64,000 bases of DNA from Pristiophorus japonicus (Eukaryota). The position numbers were made by a program, and so were the translations under genes. Positions 59,148-64,000 of the stretch are shown here, piece by piece. Positions within the stretch are counted from its first letter, which is position 1. Every line of letters begins with the position of its first letter. The notes beneath the pieces were generated by a model. It was not told the origin of the DNA, did no database searches, and saw only the letters and a list, made by a program, of their open reading frames with translations. The stretch is from NCBI RefSeq assembly GCF_044704955.1, contig NC_091979.1, positions 305,536,001 through 305,600,000 of the forward strand, in the 5' to 3' direction.

Positions 59148-62100
59148 ATAGAAACATAGAAACATATAAAATAGGTGCAGGAGCAGGCCATTCGGCCCTT
59201 CGAGCCTGCACCACCATTCAATATGATCGTGGCTGATCATGCAACTTCAGTACCCCACTCCTGCCTTCTCTCCATACCCCTGATCCCTTTAGCCGTAAGG
59301 GCCACATCTAACTCTCTTTTGAATGTATCCAACAAACTGGCCTCAACAACTTTATGTGGTAGAGAATTCCATAGGTTCACAATTCTCTGGGTGAAAAAGT
59401 TTCTCCTCATCTCGGGCCTAAAAGGCTTACCCCTTATCCTTAGACTGTGTCCCCAGGTTCGGGACTTCCCCAACATCAGGAACATTCTTCCTGCATCTAA
59501 CCTGTCCAATCCCGTCAGAATTTTATATGCTTCTATGAGATCCCCTCTCATTCTTCTAAATTCCAGTGAATAAAAGCCTAGTTGATCCAGTCTGTCTTCA
59601 TATGTCAGTCCTGCCATCCCGGGAATCAGTCTGGTGAACCTTCGCTGCACTCCCTCAATAGCAAGAACGTCCTTCCTCAGATTAGGAGACCAAAACTGCA
59701 CATACTACTCAAGGTGTGGTCTCACCAAGGCCCTGTACAACTGCAGCAAGACCTCCCTGCTCCTATACTCAAATCCTCTCGCTATGAAGGCCAACATGCC
59801 ATTTGCTTTCTTAACTGCCTGCTGTACCTGCATGCCTACTTTCAATGACTGATGTACCATGACACCCAGGTCTCGTTGCACCTCCCCTTTTATTAATCTG
59901 TCACCATTCAGATAATCTACCTTCCTGTTTTTGCCTCCAAAGTGGATAACCTCACATTTATCCACATTATACTGCATCTGCCATGCATTTGCCCACTCAC
60001 CTAACCTGTCCAAGTCACCCTGCAGCCTCTTCGCATCCTCACAGCTCACACTGCCACCCAGTTTAGAGTCATCTGCAAACTTGGAGATATTACATTCAAT
60101 TCCTTCATCTAAATCATTAATATATATTGTAAATAGCTGGGGTCCCAGCACTGAACCTTGCGGTACCCCACTAGTCACTGCCTGCCATTCTGAAAAGGAC
60201 CCATTTATTCCCACTCTTTGCTTCCTGTCTGTCAACCAGTTCTCTATCCACGTCAGTACATTGCCCCCAATCCCATGTGCCTTAATTTTGACAGTAATCT
60301 CTCTTGTGCGGGACCATGTCAAAGGCCTTTGAAAGTCCAAAACACACCACATCCACTGGTTCTCCCTTGTCCATTCTACCAGTTACATCCTCAAAAAATT
60401 CTAGAAGATTTGTCGAGCATGAATTCCCTTTCATAAATCCATGCTGACTTGGACCGATCCTGTCACTGCTTTCCAAATGCGCTGCTATTACATCTTTAAT
60501 AATTGATTCCAGCATTTTCCCCACCTCCAATGTCCAGCTAACCAGTCTATAATTCCATGTTTTCTCTCTCTCTCTCCTTTTTAAAAAGTGGTGTTACATT
60601 AGCTACCCTCCAATCCATAGAAACTGATCCAGAGTCCATGGAATGTTGGAAAATGACCATCAATGCATCTACTATTTCTAGGGCCACTTCCTTAAGTACT
60701 CTGGGATGCAGACTATCAGGCCCTGGGGATTTATTGGCCTTCAATCCCATCAATTTCCCTAACACCATTTCCTGACTAATAAGGATTTCCCTCAGTTCCT
60801 CCTCCTCGCTCGACCCACGATCCCCTAGTATTTTCGGGTAGTTATTCGAGTCTTCCTTCGTGAAGACAGAACCAAAGTATTTGTTCAGTTGGTCTGCCAT
60901 TTCCTTGTTTCCCATTATGAATTCACCTGATTCTGACTGCAAGGGGCCGACATTAGTCTTCACTAATCTTTTTCTCTTCACATATCGATAGAAGCTTTTG
61001 CAGTCAGTTTTTATGTTCCTTGCAAGCTTACTCTCATACTCTCTTTTCCCACTCCAAATTAAACCCTTCGTCCTCCTCTGCTGAATTCTAAATTTCTCCC
61101 AGTCCTCAGGTTTGTTGCTTTATCTGGCCAATCTATATGCCTCTTCCTTGGATTTAACATTATCCATAATTTCCCTTGTTAGCCATGGTTGAGCCACCTT
61201 CCCCATTTTATTTTTACACCAGACAGGGATATACAATTGTTGTAGTTCATCCATGTGATCTTTAAATGTCTGCCTATCTACCGTCAACCCTTTAATATCA
61301 TTTGCCAGTCTATCCTAGCTAATTCACATCTCATACCATCGAAGTTACCTTTCTTTAAGTTCAGGACCCTAGTCTCTGAATTAACTGTGTCACTCTCCAT
61401 CTTACTGAAGAATCCTACCATATTATGGTCACTCTTCCCCAAGGGACCTCGCATGACAAGATTGCTAATTAATCCTCATTACACAAGACCCAGTCTAGGA
61501 TGGCCTGCTCTTTAATTGGTTCCTCGACCTATTGGTCTAAAAAAAACATCCCTTATGTACTCCAGGAAATCCTCCTCCACAGTATTGCTACCAGTTTGGT
61601 TAGCCCAATCTATTTGTAGGTTAAAGTCACCCGTGATAACTGCTGTTCCCTTATTCACGCATTCCTAATTTCCTGTTTGATGCCATCTCCAACCTCACTA
61701 CTGTTTGGTGCTCTGTACACAACTCCCACTAACGTTTTCTGCCCTTTGGTGTTTTGCAGCTCTACCCATATAGATTCCACATCATCCAAGCTAATGTCCT
61801 TCCTTACTATTGTGTTAATCTCCTCTTTAACCAGTATCGCTTACCCACCTCCTTTTCCTTTCTGTCTATCCTTCCTGAATATTGAATGCCCCGGATGTTG
61901 AGTTCCCAGCCATGGTCATCCTGGAGCCATGTCTCCGTAATCCCAATTACATCATATCTGTCAACAGCTATCTGCTCAGTTAATTCATCCACCTTATTAT
62001 GAATGCTCCTCGCATTGAGGCACAGAGCCTTCAGGCTTGTTTTTTTTAGCACTCTTATGTTGTAATGTGGCCCTTTATGATTTTTGCCCTTGATTTCTCT

Positions 62101-62265
62101 GCCCTTCACTCTTGCTTTTCTCCTTCCTACCTTTTGCTTCTGCCCCCATTTTACTTCCCTCTGTCACCCTGCATAGATTCTCATCCCCCTGCCATATTAG
62201 TTTAAACCCTCCCCAACAGCACTAGCAAACACTATGCCTAGGACATCGGTTCCAGTCCTACCCGG
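59148..62265 (-). mobile_element. CR1 LINE with near-complete but broken ORF2 and the end of ORF1, antisense in the ANK3 intron
   Basis: EN motifs LCLNARSIHNKVDEL and IGITETWL; KSPGPDSLHPRVL; KFADD; RPHLE; tail. Confidence 0.96.
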
Positions 62266-62399
62266 AATCTATTAAAATCAACCTCAACATAAGATTAATG
62301 TTGCTCCAGTGTTTAAGAATTGATTCTATGGTCAACCTTACAGTGCTCGCATGTGCCATATTGAAAGATTATTTAATTGTTGTATTTAATTTAATTACA

Positions 62400-62443
62400 G
62401 TATGTATTTGTATGTATGTATGTATATACACACACACACACAC
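62400..62443. repeat. Compound microsatellite (TATG)n(TA)n(CA)n
   Basis: Read directly. Confidence 0.8.
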
Positions 62444-63584
62444 AATGTCATGCTGTAGTAATTTTTTTAGCAGATATCCCGAGGCCTTGCTCACAGTGAG
62501 ATGCAGAATACACTGTTTTATAACCGTAGTGACGTCGTTCCCTGTGTGGCATAACATCAGGATGACTGATTTACAGTGACCGAACAAATCTAGTTCCTTT
62601 ATTGCATGGTCTTCTGAGTCACCAATGACTTAGAATTCTAATTTTACAAATTTGTCTATTATTCTGTGAAAAGTGTAAATGAGTAGCCACAGATATGTTT
62701 ATAGCACCCTGAGCTGTGTATTTAATTTTTATCCTATCATTTCTTTTAAAGTTGAGGATATGCAGTAAGATGGTACACAAGGTACCAGCTGGAGCAACTA
62801 TCCAGTATTGGGCATGTGTTGGGGTTAAGAAGCACTTGGTATGGTCCTGGACATCAGTAGCTGAGGGAGGGGGCAATGGCCCTGGAGTTTGGCAGTGCTG
62901 AGGTGGGGGTTCTAGTTTTTGGCAGTTTTTGGCTGCTTTGGTCTGATGCAGGTGTCGAGGAGTAACCGATGGCCTGGCAGTACTGGGTGGTGGAATATGG
63001 GCTTTGGATTCCTGAGATCTGTTTGCAATGAAAGAAGGGCACAGTCTTAACAGAACTGAGCTGGGGGTGGAAGGGGCTGAATCTGGCAGCACTAGTTTGT
63101 GTTTCCAAGAGATCTCTGCAATTATTGAATTCAGTGTTTTGTGATTGATTCACAAATATGTGTCCATCTGTCTCCCTCACTTTTTTCCTTTCTGTCTGGC
63201 CCTTTCTCTCGCCTTTTCTCGCTCCTCCCTCTCGCCAACAGCTGACAATAATTCGAATGTTTTACATTTTTCAAAAAAAATCTGATGGTACTTGGAGCTT
63301 TTTGTTTGCCTGAGAAGTTTTCAAAATTCATTCCATTTGCTCGAATTAGGATGAGGAAAGATTCTCTTCTCTTTCCAACCTGCTTTTTGAAATAAGTAAT
63401 TAAAAGCTTTTACTTAATGGTTTAGTTAAAAACCTACTCAAATTAATCATTCAATTTTCAAAAGCACACAAAATATAATTCTGTTAAGGACAGAAATGCA
63501 AGTTGATTTCTATACAGAGAAAAATTAATTGATTGCAATTAAGACACAAAAGCTTCAACAGTTTTACAATTACTGCAGCCTATC

Positions 63585-63987
63585 ACAGAATGGTTACAGC
63601 ACAGAAGGCGGCGATTCAGCCCGTTGAGCCCGTGTTGACTCTCAGCTCGTCCCACTCCCCTGCCCTTTCCCCGTAGCCCTGCAAATTTTTTTACTTCCGA
63701 TACTTATCCAACTCCCTTTTGAAAGATAAGATTAAGTCTGCCTCACCACCCTTTCAGGCAGTGCATTCCAAATCTTAACCACTCGCTGCGTAAAAAAGTC
63801 TTTTCTTACATCGCCTTTGGTTCTTTTGCCAATCACCTTAAATCTGTGTCCTCTGGTTCTCGACCCCTCAGCCAATTTCTCTCTATCTACCCTGTCTAGA
63901 CCCCTCATGATTTTGAACACCTCTATCAAATCTCCTCTCAATCTTCTCTGCTCTAAGGAGAACAACCCCAGCTTCTCCAGTCTATCA
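63585..63987 (-). mobile_element. CR1 3' fragment
   Basis: FSLEQRRLRGDLIEVFKIMRG...FFTQRVVKIWNALPE. Confidence 0.92.
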
Positions 63988-64000
63988 ATTTGAAGTGGAT

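Noticed and set aside
63272-63300. KKSD reading that resembles the ANK3 exon 1/2 junction
   Set aside because: Not preceded by an AG and not followed by the conserved ankyrin sequence

Overview
Vertebrate genomic DNA, very likely from a cartilaginous fish (shark), judged from its repeat content: CR1 and RTE LINEs, L2, Deu-domain tRNA-SINEs, Gypsy LTRs and Penelope-like remnants. Most of the window is decayed, often nested transposons, and nearly all ORFs in the track are TE fragments or low-complexity artefacts. One host-gene piece is recognisable and is absent from the ORF track. It is a 111-nt first coding exon at 51610-51720 (+) encoding MAHAASHLKKNRELEVVTEDEKVVKKHRKRSRDRKKK, which matches the N-terminus of neuronal ankyrin-3 (ANK3/ankyrin-G). 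It sits in a TE-poor island of about 5 kb, and the rest of the window downstream is its intron. Other content: a two-LTR Gypsy element with a nested CR1, five solo LTRs, three MITEs, a G-rich 26-bp minisatellite, and a ~25-bp minisatellite carrying a ~1.5 kb tandem duplication. I see no convincing new multi-gene system. The best leads are a CTCF-like motif shared by all LTRs, a bipartite non-autonomous RTE derivative, degenerate Penelope hammerhead cores, and candidate regulatory features around the ANK3 exon. Family assignments come from recalled motifs, not database searches, and TE boundaries are approximate.
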